IMG/VR virus record: IMGVR_UViG_2724679131_000001
Coordinates: 3,037-67,036 of that record
Origin: a virus
Taxonomy: Duplodnaviria > Caudoviricetes
Direction: 5' to 3' (one strand)
Length of the DNA: 64,000 nucleotides
Below, piece after piece: positions 1 to 7,792 of the stretch; position 1 is the stretch's first letter, and the number at the start of each line of letters is the position of its first letter. The notes beneath the pieces are model-generated. The model was given only the letters and a program-made list of their open reading frames with translations, did no database searches and was not told where the DNA came from. Position numbers and translations under genes: made by a program.

Positions 1-10
1 CCTTTTAAAC

Positions 11-433
11 ATGGGAATTCCGGTACGAATTTATGACCCGCAAGTAAGGGAAAATGCAATAAACGGAGTGTACGAACCGGAATGCACGCGCTGGATTTAT
101 AGCCGGATAAACTCAGATAACCTGGCTATAAGATGGGACAAATACGATGACAGCCTTTACCGGGAGGCCAAGTCGTTGCCGGGAGCAAAATGGGAATCCG
201 GCAGTATGGTTGTAAATGTCGGTCATTATAAAGAGGTTGAAGACTTTGCTGCCGCAAATGGGTTTAAGTTTACTGAAAAAGCGCGGGAAAAGATAGAACA
301 ACACATCCAGACTTTAGAAAAAGCGGATGTTGTAAAGCCAGCGCCCGCAAAAGAAGAACCAGATGCAAAGGGTTTGAAAGGTATCCTTGAAAGTGATCGG
401 GCAATTTTACCTGATCTGATGGACAATGATTGA
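11..433 (+). CDS. Hypothetical protein, probably 5'-truncated by the window edge
   Basis: ORF overlaps the start of the SNF2 gene; no RBS visible. Confidence 0.6.
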   Translation: MGIPVRIYDPQVRENAINGVYEPECTRWIYSRINSDNLAIRWDKYDDSLYREAKSLPGAKWESGSMVVNVGHYKEVEDFAAANGFKFTEKAREKIEQHIQTLEKADVVKPAPAKEEPDAKGLKGILESDRAILPDLMDND

Positions 434-1814
434 TTTTAAAACTGATCTGCTGCCCCATCAAATTAAGGCTGTTGAAAAACTATCAAAAATTAAAGTCGGT
501 GCCCTGTTTATGGAGCAGGGCACTGGAAAAACAAGAACGGCACTAGAGCTTGTAGCTAGACGGTACAACGTGGGTAAGGTCGACCACATTCTTTGGCTTT
601 GTCCATGTTCAGTTAAGCGCACAATTCAGCGTGAAATACAGAAACACGCGGGAGATGTTCCCGATTTAACCATATGCGGAATTGAAACGCTATCCTCTAG
701 TACCAAAACGACAGCCGAGCTTCGCGAACTCGTGATGTCGAAAAAAGTATTTATCATCGTAGATGAATCAAGCCTCATAAAAAATCATCGGGCAAAACGG
801 ACGGAAAGGATAACCATGCTCGCTGAAAAATGCCAGTACAGGCTAATCCTAAACGGCACGCCAATCAGCAAAAATGAAACGGATCTTTTTTCTCAATTCT
901 ATATCCTCGATTGGCGCATTCTCGGATATCGTTCGTTTTGGAGCTTTGCGGCTAACCATATCGAGTGGGACGAAAATATCCGTGGAAAAATCGCCAGAAC
1001 GCTGAATGTGGACTATCTAGTCGAAAAGATCGCGCCATACACGTACCAAGTTAAAAAAAGCGACTGTTTGGATTTGCCGGAAAAGACTTACTCAACCTAC
1101 TACTACGACATGACGTATGATCAGTTCGAGCATTACCGATATGTTGCGAATGAGCTATTGTTTGAAGTCAATGAGCTCGAACCGTCGACAATTTACCGTA
1201 TGTTCACTGGTCTCCAAAATGTGATAAGTGGGTTTCTGGTGAACACAAAGGGCCCACGCCTAGAAAAGAAGCCGTTTTTCAAGGACCCGCTCGAAAACCC
1301 GCGAATGGATATGCTGCTGTATATCCTCGACGGTTTGGACGAGAGCGATAAAATAATCATTTTCTGCAAATACACGCAGGAGATAAACGACATTGTTCGT
1401 ATTTTAAACAACAGATATGGTCCTGGTTCGGCAGTTCCGTTTAACGGCGAGTTGAACCAAAGAAAGCGTCAGAAAAATATTGATATGTTCGAGAAAAAAG
1501 CACGCTTCTTTGTCGCGAATAAAGTAACGGCTGGATATGGGCTAAACTTGCAATTTTGCCACTACATTCTTTTTTACAGCAATGACTGGAACTACGCGAC
1601 TCGTTCGCAGGCAGAAGACCGAGTGCATCGCATCGGACAAAACAGCACGGTGCATATAATGGACATTTGCGCCGACAGCACGCTCGATGAACGAATCCTT
1701 AGGTGCTTAAGCCGAAAAGAGAACCTGCTCGATAGCTTCAAGGAAGAACTCGAAAAAATGAAGGATGACAAAGACCTAAAGGCATTGAGCGATTGGATAG
1801 ACGGAAAAAGATAG
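426..1814 (+). CDS. SNF2-family (SF2) helicase/ATPase
   Basis: Walker A MEQGTGKT, DESS (DExx), LNGTP, GYGLNLQ, QAEDRVHRIGQ motif VI. Confidence 0.92.
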   Translation: MIDFKTDLLPHQIKAVEKLSKIKVGALFMEQGTGKTRTALELVARRYNVGKVDHILWLCPCSVKRTIQREIQKHAGDVPDLTICGIETLSSSTKTTAELRELVMSKKVFIIVDESSLIKNHRAKRTERITMLAEKCQYRLILNGTPISKNETDLFSQFYILDWRILGYRSFWSFAANHIEWDENIRGKIARTLNVDYLVEKIAPYTYQVKKSDCLDLPEKTYSTYYYDMTYDQFEHYRYVANELLFEVNELEPSTIYRMFTGLQNVISGFLVNTKGPRLEKKPFFKDPLENPRMDMLLYILDGLDESDKIIIFCKYTQEINDIVRILNNRYGPGSAVPFNGELNQRKRQKNIDMFEKKARFFVANKVTAGYGLNLQFCHYILFYSNDWNYATRSQAEDRVHRIGQNSTVHIMDICADSTLDERILRCLSRKENLLDSFKEELEKMKDDKDLKALSDWIDGKR

Positions 1815-1830
1815 CTAGCTCGTGCCATAG

Positions 1831-1850
1831 CATGTTATATTATATATGTA
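1831..1850 (+). repeat. 20-bp direct repeat copy 1 (CATGTTATATTATATATGTA), contains an extended -10-like TGnTATATT
   Basis: 19/20 identical to 4938-4957. Confidence 0.8.
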
Positions 1851-1869
1851 TAAGAAAGGGGCGCGTTAA

Positions 1870-3174
1870 ATGCCGAAACTATATACCGACAAGGATGTGC
1901 TTTCCGCAGCTCTTGAGCGATTCGAGATAATGTTCAACGAGTTTGATAATATGTATTTAAGCGTAAGTGGTGGCAAGGACAGCTCTGTTATGTTGCAGTT
2001 GGCCGCGCATGTGGCCCGTAAGCTAGGTAAAAAGTTTAGCGTGCTGTACATAGACCTAGAGGCGCAGTATAAGGCCACGATACAGCACGTTCAAGAACTG
2101 ATTGAGGAAACGGATGACGTAGTCGAGCGCTTTTATTGGTGTGCCCTTCCCCTCTCCCTCCGTAATGCTGTTTCGGTCATTCAGCCGAAATGGATTTGCT
2201 GGGACGAAAAGGATAAGAAGAAATGGGTGCGCCCGATGCCGAAAAATAAGCACGTCGTGAACGAACATAATTATCCGGAAGAATGGACGTGGTTTAGGCG
2301 TGGCATGGAATTTGAGGAGTTCATCCTCTATTTTGCGGAATGGTTTAATAAGAAGCACGGTGGCAAAACAGCTGCCGGAATCGGCATCCGGTCGAATGAA
2401 AGTTTTAACCGCTTTACGACCATCATAAGCGAAAAGAAAATCCGCTATAATGATTACGGCTGGACAACAAAGGTAAAACTGGGGACGCGGCACCTAAACG
2501 TTTATAATTTTTATCCACTGTACGACTGGGAGACAGAAGATATTTGGGGCGCCGTTAGCAAGCTCGATTTAAAATATAATTATATTTACGAGCTAATGTA
2601 TAAAAACGGTCTGTCCATACACGAACAACGCTTGTGTCAGCCCTACGGAGACGACCAGAGAAACGGTCTTGATCAGTTCCGGGCTCTTGAGCCGGAGACG
2701 TGGGAGAAAGTTTTGAACCGCGTGCACGGCGTAAATTTCGGCAACATTTACGCCCGTACGTCCCTTCTCGGTAATATTAAATCCGAAAAGCCAGAAGGAA
2801 TGACATGGGAACAGTATGCGGTGTTTCTGCTCGAATCGCTTGGCTTGTACGCCCCGGAGCTGCGCGATCATTATTATAAGAAAATAAAGACGTTTATGGC
2901 ATGGTATGAAAAAGAAGAAGGAGTAAAGCTTACCGACATCCCAGAAGAAGCGGATAAAAAGCTGGAATCCGCTAAAAAAGTAGCATCATGGCGTCGAATC
3001 GCCCGCGCCATTGAACGCAATGATTTTTGGATGAAGCGACTGTCATTTAGCCAGACCAAGAGTGACGTTGAGCGTTTGTTTGAGCTTAAAAAGAAATACG
3101 CCAATATCATTTATGGTAAGGATACAAATGACAAGCACTTGAAACAAGTAGCGGAAGAGTTGAACAAAAAATGA
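1870..3174 (+). CDS. ibrA: IbrA/YbdN-like PAPS reductase-family protein (DUF3440)
   Basis: PP-loop SGGKDS, GIRSNES, YPLYDW, QRLCQPYG, SWRR...NDFW..LSF. Confidence 0.88.
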   Translation: MPKLYTDKDVLSAALERFEIMFNEFDNMYLSVSGGKDSSVMLQLAAHVARKLGKKFSVLYIDLEAQYKATIQHVQELIEETDDVVERFYWCALPLSLRNAVSVIQPKWICWDEKDKKKWVRPMPKNKHVVNEHNYPEEWTWFRRGMEFEEFILYFAEWFNKKHGGKTAAGIGIRSNESFNRFTTIISEKKIRYNDYGWTTKVKLGTRHLNVYNFYPLYDWETEDIWGAVSKLDLKYNYIYELMYKNGLSIHEQRLCQPYGDDQRNGLDQFRALEPETWEKVLNRVHGVNFGNIYARTSLLGNIKSEKPEGMTWEQYAVFLLESLGLYAPELRDHYYKKIKTFMAWYEKEEGVKLTDIPEEADKKLESAKKVASWRRIARAIERNDFWMKRLSFSQTKSDVERLFELKKKYANIIYGKDTNDKHLKQVAEELNKK

Positions 3175-3545
3175 TACTAAAACTAACAAATAAATCAAAG
3201 AATTTTTACGCGCACGTTGGAAAAGTATTTGGGTCGCGGAAGGTCGAGCAAGTCACAGGCGACCGGTTCTATGATGACGACGATAAGGTCTGGTACATCT
3301 ATTTTAGACGTGGTAGTGGCGTTCCAGATACTTTCGTTTCAGTCCGACAAAATAAAATTAAAAATGTATGGACGGAGAACAGCGAACATTTAGTTGAAGT
3401 ACTGAAAAAAGTCGCGAAGGATTGGCCAATTAAAGAAAGCATTGTTCCAGCTGTTTTTAAAAAAGAGTATGAAACGGCTGGATTTGAGTTTCTAGAAAAT
3501 GGTTATAAAAACTTTATCAAAATACGAGGTGGCCAAAATGAATAA
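3171..3545 (+). CDS. Small hypothetical protein, possibly degenerate GNAT-like fold
   Basis: ATGA overlap with ibrA; ends in a YETAGF motif resembling the GNAT C-terminal 'Y..xGF' (fold call is inference). Confidence 0.6.
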   Translation: MILKLTNKSKNFYAHVGKVFGSRKVEQVTGDRFYDDDDKVWYIYFRRGSGVPDTFVSVRQNKIKNVWTENSEHLVEVLKKVAKDWPIKESIVPAVFKKEYETAGFEFLENGYKNFIKIRGGQNE

Positions 3546-4071
3546 ATTAACGTTTCCATGCCTAGATGTTAAGCTCGTGCCGACTGAAAAAGTCGTAGCC
3601 AACGACTACAACCCGAACAAAGTAGCTACTCCGGAAATGAAACTGTTAAAGCTCTCTATCGAACTTGACGGCGTGACAATGCCTGTCGTCACTTATTACG
3701 ATAAAGAACGGGACATGTATGAAGTGGTCGATGGCTTTCACCGTTATACCGTATTAAAAGACTACTTTAAAAGTGATGTCATCCCTGTCAGCGTCATCGA
3801 TAAGCCGCTGGACGAGCGCATGGGCTCAACCATTCGGCATAACCGTGCCCGCGGGACACATCAAATTCGGTCAATGTCCGATATTGTCATCGACCTGTCT
3901 AAAGACGGGTGGAGTGATGAGGAAATCTGCAAAAAGCTAGGTATGGAACTCGACGAGGTGATTCGGTTGAAGCAAATTAGCGGACTGAAAGAAGCGTTTG
4001 CTAATCATGAATTCAGCCGGTCATGGACGGAGTTTGAAAATAAGTATTATAAGGAGGATAACCATGCATAA
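3538..4071 (+). CDS. ibrB: IbrB-like ParB/Srx-domain protein
   Basis: ANDYNPN, VVDGFHR, STIRHNRARG; start re-assigned to ATG 3538 after GAGGTGG RBS. Confidence 0.88.
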   Translation: MNKLTFPCLDVKLVPTEKVVANDYNPNKVATPEMKLLKLSIELDGVTMPVVTYYDKERDMYEVVDGFHRYTVLKDYFKSDVIPVSVIDKPLDERMGSTIRHNRARGTHQIRSMSDIVIDLSKDGWSDEEICKKLGMELDEVIRLKQISGLKEAFANHEFSRSWTEFENKYYKEDNHA

Positions 4072-4588
4072 TGTTCTTAAAGTTGGAGAACCGTATCCCG
4101 GCAAGGTTTCAGAAGGAACCCGCCTCGACTATGATGAATCGGGTTTTACCCTCGTCTACGGGCTGCCCGGAATAACAGCGATCGAGAAAAAAGGATTTGA
4201 ATCCGGGAGGTACAAAATCGCATTGGCGGAAAGATCGGGTATACTCTTTTTTCTAAGCGAGTTTAAACCCGGCATCGACTTATCGGACACTCCATTTCAC
4301 ATGGGGCTCTACCGCGATGATAGAAGCAAATACCTGCCCGAGCAGATAGAAGACGGTCAGGGGTTCGGATTGACGGTGATGGCTGTAGACACCGCAACTG
4401 GCATATTAAAAGCGATACGATATATCGGCCTGTCTACAAAGCTGTCACGCGAGCTGTTAAAAATTTGTAAGCGCCAAGCTAGTGAGAATGTTGATCGCAT
4501 TGGATTTGGAGCCAAGCTGTTCGGTTTGCAACGTCAATACCGGGCTAAAGACCTTTATAAATATAAAATTGTTGAATGTAAAGGATGA
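4064..4588 (+). CDS. Hypothetical protein
   Basis: AAGGAGG RBS before ATG 4064; 174 aa. Confidence 0.75.
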   Translation: MHNVLKVGEPYPGKVSEGTRLDYDESGFTLVYGLPGITAIEKKGFESGRYKIALAERSGILFFLSEFKPGIDLSDTPFHMGLYRDDRSKYLPEQIEDGQGFGLTVMAVDTATGILKAIRYIGLSTKLSRELLKICKRQASENVDRIGFGAKLFGLQRQYRAKDLYKYKIVECKG

Positions 4589-4592
4589 TAGT

Positions 4593-4859
4593 ATGAATGT
4601 TGAGGAATGGATAAAATTCACAAAAGAAAACATCATGATAAAGCAGGACGTACAGGAGTACATTGGTAATGTTGATGGGTCCAAGCCTTGGCCAAATAGT
4701 GCGTTTAGCCAAGCGGTCAATACTGGCCGGCTAAAGCCTATTTTAACAAAAGGAGAGGGTACTTCAATGGTGCGCTTCTTCCTCCGAAAAGACGTTGAGG
4801 AATACAAGAAACAAGTTATAGAACACAGGAAAAGGCTTGTTAAAGCGAAGAAAAAATAA
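4593..4859 (+). CDS. Small DNA-binding protein (excisionase/HTH_17-like)
   Basis: AFSQAVNTGRLKP...RFFLRKDVEEY wing motif; basic C-terminus. Confidence 0.6.
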   Translation: MNVEEWIKFTKENIMIKQDVQEYIGNVDGSKPWPNSAFSQAVNTGRLKPILTKGEGTSMVRFFLRKDVEEYKKQVIEHRKRLVKAKKK

Positions 4860-4920
4860 CTGCAATGCGAGGGTTTTTATAGGGCTTGAAAAAAATTTTA
4901 AAAAAAATGTGGTTCCCTCT

Positions 4921-4958
4921 TTACATATATAATTATACATGCTATATTATATATGTAA
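4921..4958. promoter_or_regulatory. 13-bp inverted repeat (TTACATATATAAT-N12-ATTATATATGTAA) overlapping direct repeat copy 2; operator/promoter
   Basis: Perfect arms 4921-4933 and 4946-4958, upstream of a GGAGG RBS. Confidence 0.7.
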
Positions 4959-4981
4959 GGTAAATCAAAGGAGGGATTAAA

Positions 4982-5380
4982 ATGATGACAATGAAAGATT
5001 TTATCTTTAATGAGCTTGATGAAATAATTGAAAAACATGGATTTATTGGGGCTGTTTCATACTCTTCCCCTAACAAGGGTGTTATCTATATTATGGAAGA
5101 GTACGAAGTCCACGTTACTATTGAGTTCGATTTCTGGTCTGATGCGTTTTCCTTTGTAATTTTAAGTTATGGCGAAGAACTGGATGGCTCCCAAGTAAAG
5201 GTTAAGTATGAAAGCAACAATGCAATTAAAAATGCCCTCAATGGTGTTGATGAATTTCTGCAGATGCTTAATGATATAAAAATGATTTGTATAATAGGAG
5301 GAATAAAAATGGAAAAATTTATAAATTTAACACCAATGGAATACGGATATTTAAATTTAAACAAAAAAATTTGGAAATAA
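4982..5380 (+). CDS. Acidic hypothetical protein; C-terminus probably a fused remnant of another gene
   Basis: Strong RBS; internal TATAAT plus AGGAGG-ATG (MEKFINLTP) at about 5290-5311. Confidence 0.6.
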   Translation: MMTMKDFIFNELDEIIEKHGFIGAVSYSSPNKGVIYIMEEYEVHVTIEFDFWSDAFSFVILSYGEELDGSQVKVKYESNNAIKNALNGVDEFLQMLNDIKMICIIGGIKMEKFINLTPMEYGYLNLNKKIWK

Positions 5381-5384
5381 AGCA

Positions 5385-5414
5385 AAACTGCCGAGGAATA
5401 GGCCCCGGCAGTTT
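5385..5414. terminator. Hairpin / likely terminator
   Basis: AAACTGCCG...CGGCAGTTT. Confidence 0.6.
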
Positions 5415-5510
5415 CGGCTTAGCTCAAATCTCCAATTCACAATTTCAATCCACGCATTTTGAGGATGCGATACCTTTAAAAAGATATTATCACGTTATTC
5501 AAATAAATTC

Positions 5511-5538
5511 AAGCCCCCACATTTGCGAGGGCTTTTTT
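5511..5538 (+). terminator. Intrinsic terminator between convergent units
   Basis: AAGCCC...GGGCTTTTTT. Confidence 0.65.
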
Positions 5539-5560
5539 AATTGGTCCTGGTGGATCCGGT

Positions 5561-6811
5561 TTATTTTACCCGCAGCTTTTGGCCGACATAAATCCGGTTA
5601 GCGTTCGCGAGCTTATTCAGCGCCTTCACTTTCGCAACCGTCGTCGAATATTTTTTCGCAATTGCGCTAACCGTATCGCCTTTCTTAACAGCGTAATATT
5701 TCGTCACCTTATCCGCCCCGCTTACCGTGATCTTTTCGCCAACAAAAATGCGGTTGACGTTTTTTATGCCGTTTAGCTTGGCGAGCTTGGCCACGGTCGT
5801 GCCGTACTTCTTGGCGATCTCACCGAGCGTGTCGCCGCGTTTAACGACGTACACTTTCGCCTTACTTGTGGCTGCCGGCGCTGTTTTGACCCCGCTTTTC
5901 AGCTTCTCAAGTAGCGCCATATTTTGCGCTGCTGTGCCGCTGTAATTCATAATGCCGTACTGTGCCGCCAGCTTGGCGCGACTTGCGTAATCAAACGGCT
6001 TGCCTTGCGCTTTTAGGTAGTTTACGAGGCTAACGGAGCCGACCGGCTTAACGATGCCCGGCTTCGTGGCGCTTGACGCTACCCTTGTACTCGTGTACTT
6101 GCCGGCATAATCGACCGACACGTCAAATCGTCCATACCGCGACAGCCCCGGAAATACGTAATCACTCGCCCACTGCCACGCGCCTTTCCCATTCGAAAAA
6201 TTTGGCGTCGGCTTGCCGGTTTCCGGATACAACGGATAGCGTGCAAGCCACGGCTTATTGATCGTCAGCTTAGTCGGTTGTAACCGCGAATTGTAAAATG
6301 AGTTGCCACTGTACAGGTCAACCTTCGGATAGCCGAGCGCTTTCATCTGCGCAATAAATGCGTTCGTGTATTCTGTGAGTTTCGCGGGGTTATACGATAG
6401 GTTCGCAGCTTCAACGTCCACCACAACATAGCCGTCCGTTTTGGCGTTAAAGCCAACGGTTTTTAGCTTGCTGCCGAACGCTTTAGCCTCGGCTTTCGCG
6501 CTGGCTACCGACGTGTAGCGTGCGAAGTGGTACGCGCTCACGACCATGCCGGCCGCCTTTGCGTTGGTGATGTTAACACTTGCCGACGGGTCTAAATACG
6601 ATGTGCCCTCCGATACCTTTACGACAACGCCCTGCACGCCCGACGCTTTTACCGTTTGGTAAAACGCCAGTGGCAAGCCGCTGTTGCTGTTGTGATGGCT
6701 AACGTCTATAAAATCGACGTCGGGCGTTGCGGCGAACGCCGAGAGCCCAAAAGAAAACGCCAGGGCAACGGCTGCCACTGGCGCAAAGATGCGTTTGATT
6801 AACTTGTTCAT
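5561..6811 (-). CDS. Endolysin: signal peptide, GH25 muramidase, DUF3597-like domain, 2x LysM
   Basis: IDVSHH, KVSEG, AYHF, VDVE GH25 motifs; two YxVKxGDT LysM; N-terminal AFA-A signal. Confidence 0.93.
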   Translation of the reverse strand: MNKLIKRIFAPVAAVALAFSFGLSAFAATPDVDFIDVSHHNSNSGLPLAFYQTVKASGVQGVVVKVSEGTSYLDPSASVNITNAKAAGMVVSAYHFARYTSVASAKAEAKAFGSKLKTVGFNAKTDGYVVVDVEAANLSYNPAKLTEYTNAFIAQMKALGYPKVDLYSGNSFYNSRLQPTKLTINKPWLARYPLYPETGKPTPNFSNGKGAWQWASDYVFPGLSRYGRFDVSVDYAGKYTSTRVASSATKPGIVKPVGSVSLVNYLKAQGKPFDYASRAKLAAQYGIMNYSGTAAQNMALLEKLKSGVKTAPAATSKAKVYVVKRGDTLGEIAKKYGTTVAKLAKLNGIKNVNRIFVGEKITVSGADKVTKYYAVKKGDTVSAIAKKYSTTVAKVKALNKLANANRIYVGQKLRVK

Positions 6812-7044
6812 TCCGTTTTTTCGTCCTCCTTCGCTTTATTTTCGACGTTAGTCACCGCGGCTTTGTCGACGCTTGACTCCGCTAAAATATACACGGCAAC
6901 GGATCCAAACGCTGTGATAATGGAAGTTACTTGTGCGACGCTGCCCTTGCTAACATTAAACGCCACAAGCAGCGAGCCTACTAAGCCGCCTAGCAACGCC
7001 CAGAACTTACGGCTTGCTAACTTCGCTTTCCAATCGATTTTCAA
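6808..7044 (-). CDS. Holin
   Basis: IDWKAKLASRKFW start, two TM segments, charged tail, next to lysin. Confidence 0.85.
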   Translation of the reverse strand: MKIDWKAKLASRKFWALLGGLVGSLLVAFNVSKGSVAQVTSIITAFGSVAVYILAESSVDKAAVTNVENKAKEDEKTE

Positions 7045-7059
7045 TTCGTTTCACCTCCT

Positions 7060-7347
7060 TCAAAAAGTTACGTAGTTTAGCAGACTAAAAACGACACCAA
7101 TGACGCCAAACACAACGCTAACGATTAGCGCTAAGTTCGACCGTCGCTTGCCGTCGTTTTTGTCCATTTCTGCTTTGACTTCCGTGATTTCTTTTTCGAC
7201 GTTCTGAAACCGCATTTCCGCCTCCGCTCGCGGTATGAAGTTCGCTGTGTATGCGTCGAGTTTTGACTCGATGCGGCCGACACTTTCCGCCATGTTTTCG
7301 ATTTGCGTTTCGAGACGGGCGATGCGCTCGTACTCCTTCTGTTCCAC
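7060..7347 (-). CDS. XhlA/hemolysin-like holin-associated protein
   Basis: ERIARLET coiled coil plus C-terminal TM helix. Confidence 0.75.
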   Translation of the reverse strand: MEQKEYERIARLETQIENMAESVGRIESKLDAYTANFIPRAEAEMRFQNVEKEITEVKAEMDKNDGKRRSNLALIVSVVFGVIGVVFSLLNYVTF

Positions 7348-7349
7348 CC

Positions 7350-7499
7350 TTATTCACCCGCCTTTTGGCCCATCAAATCTGTGCGTCCCTGCTCCGCCAA
7401 GTAAGCGTCAATGCCGGCTTTTAAGTCAGGGCGCCGGCTGATTACGTAATTGTACGTGTAGGCACCGTCGATAATGCGTTGTGCAATATACGCAGCCAT
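7350..7499 (-). CDS. 49-aa phage protein (not in ORF track)
   Basis: MAAYIAQRIIDGAYTY...; TAATG coupling with the upstream gene, GGAGGTG RBS. Confidence 0.7.
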   Translation of the reverse strand: MAAYIAQRIIDGAYTYNYVISRRPDLKAGIDAYLAEQGRTDLMGQKAGE

Positions 7500-7777
7500 T
7501 ACGCGTCACCTCCTAAAATTAAATCGTCGAGTGCTTTTTGCATCATTTCGAGTTTTTCCGTTTCTGTCTTTTCGCGTGGTTGCTGTGGCTGTTTCGCAAG
7601 CCATTCCTCTCGCGTGATGTCCTCCCATGCGCCTGTATCGCGGTTAAACCGCGGCTCGTAGCATGGCTGCGGCAATTCGACGTCTGTACAATCGTCAGGT
7701 ATCGTTGCATCCGGTTCAATTATGACCGGCTCAAGAAAAGAGCCGTCCTCGCCGAATCTGTATACTTGTTTACCCAT
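7499..7777 (-). CDS. Tail fibre chaperone-like (YomQ/XkdW-like) protein
   Basis: KQVYRF..G.F.EPV, IPDDCT, WE motif; follows the fibre gene. Confidence 0.65.
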   Translation of the reverse strand: MGKQVYRFGEDGSFLEPVIIEPDATIPDDCTDVELPQPCYEPRFNRDTGAWEDITREEWLAKQPQQPREKTETEKLEMMQKALDDLILGGDA

Positions 7778-7792
7778 TTGTTATACCTCCTC

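Noticed and set aside
1870-4071. Calling the cassette a Dnd/Ssp phosphorothioation system
   Set aside because: No DndB/D/E, SspB/C/E or desulfurase; motifs match IbrA/IbrB instead
5380-5560. Left att site right after the lysin
   Set aside because: No copy of the tRNA 3' end seen here; the boundary is probably left of the window
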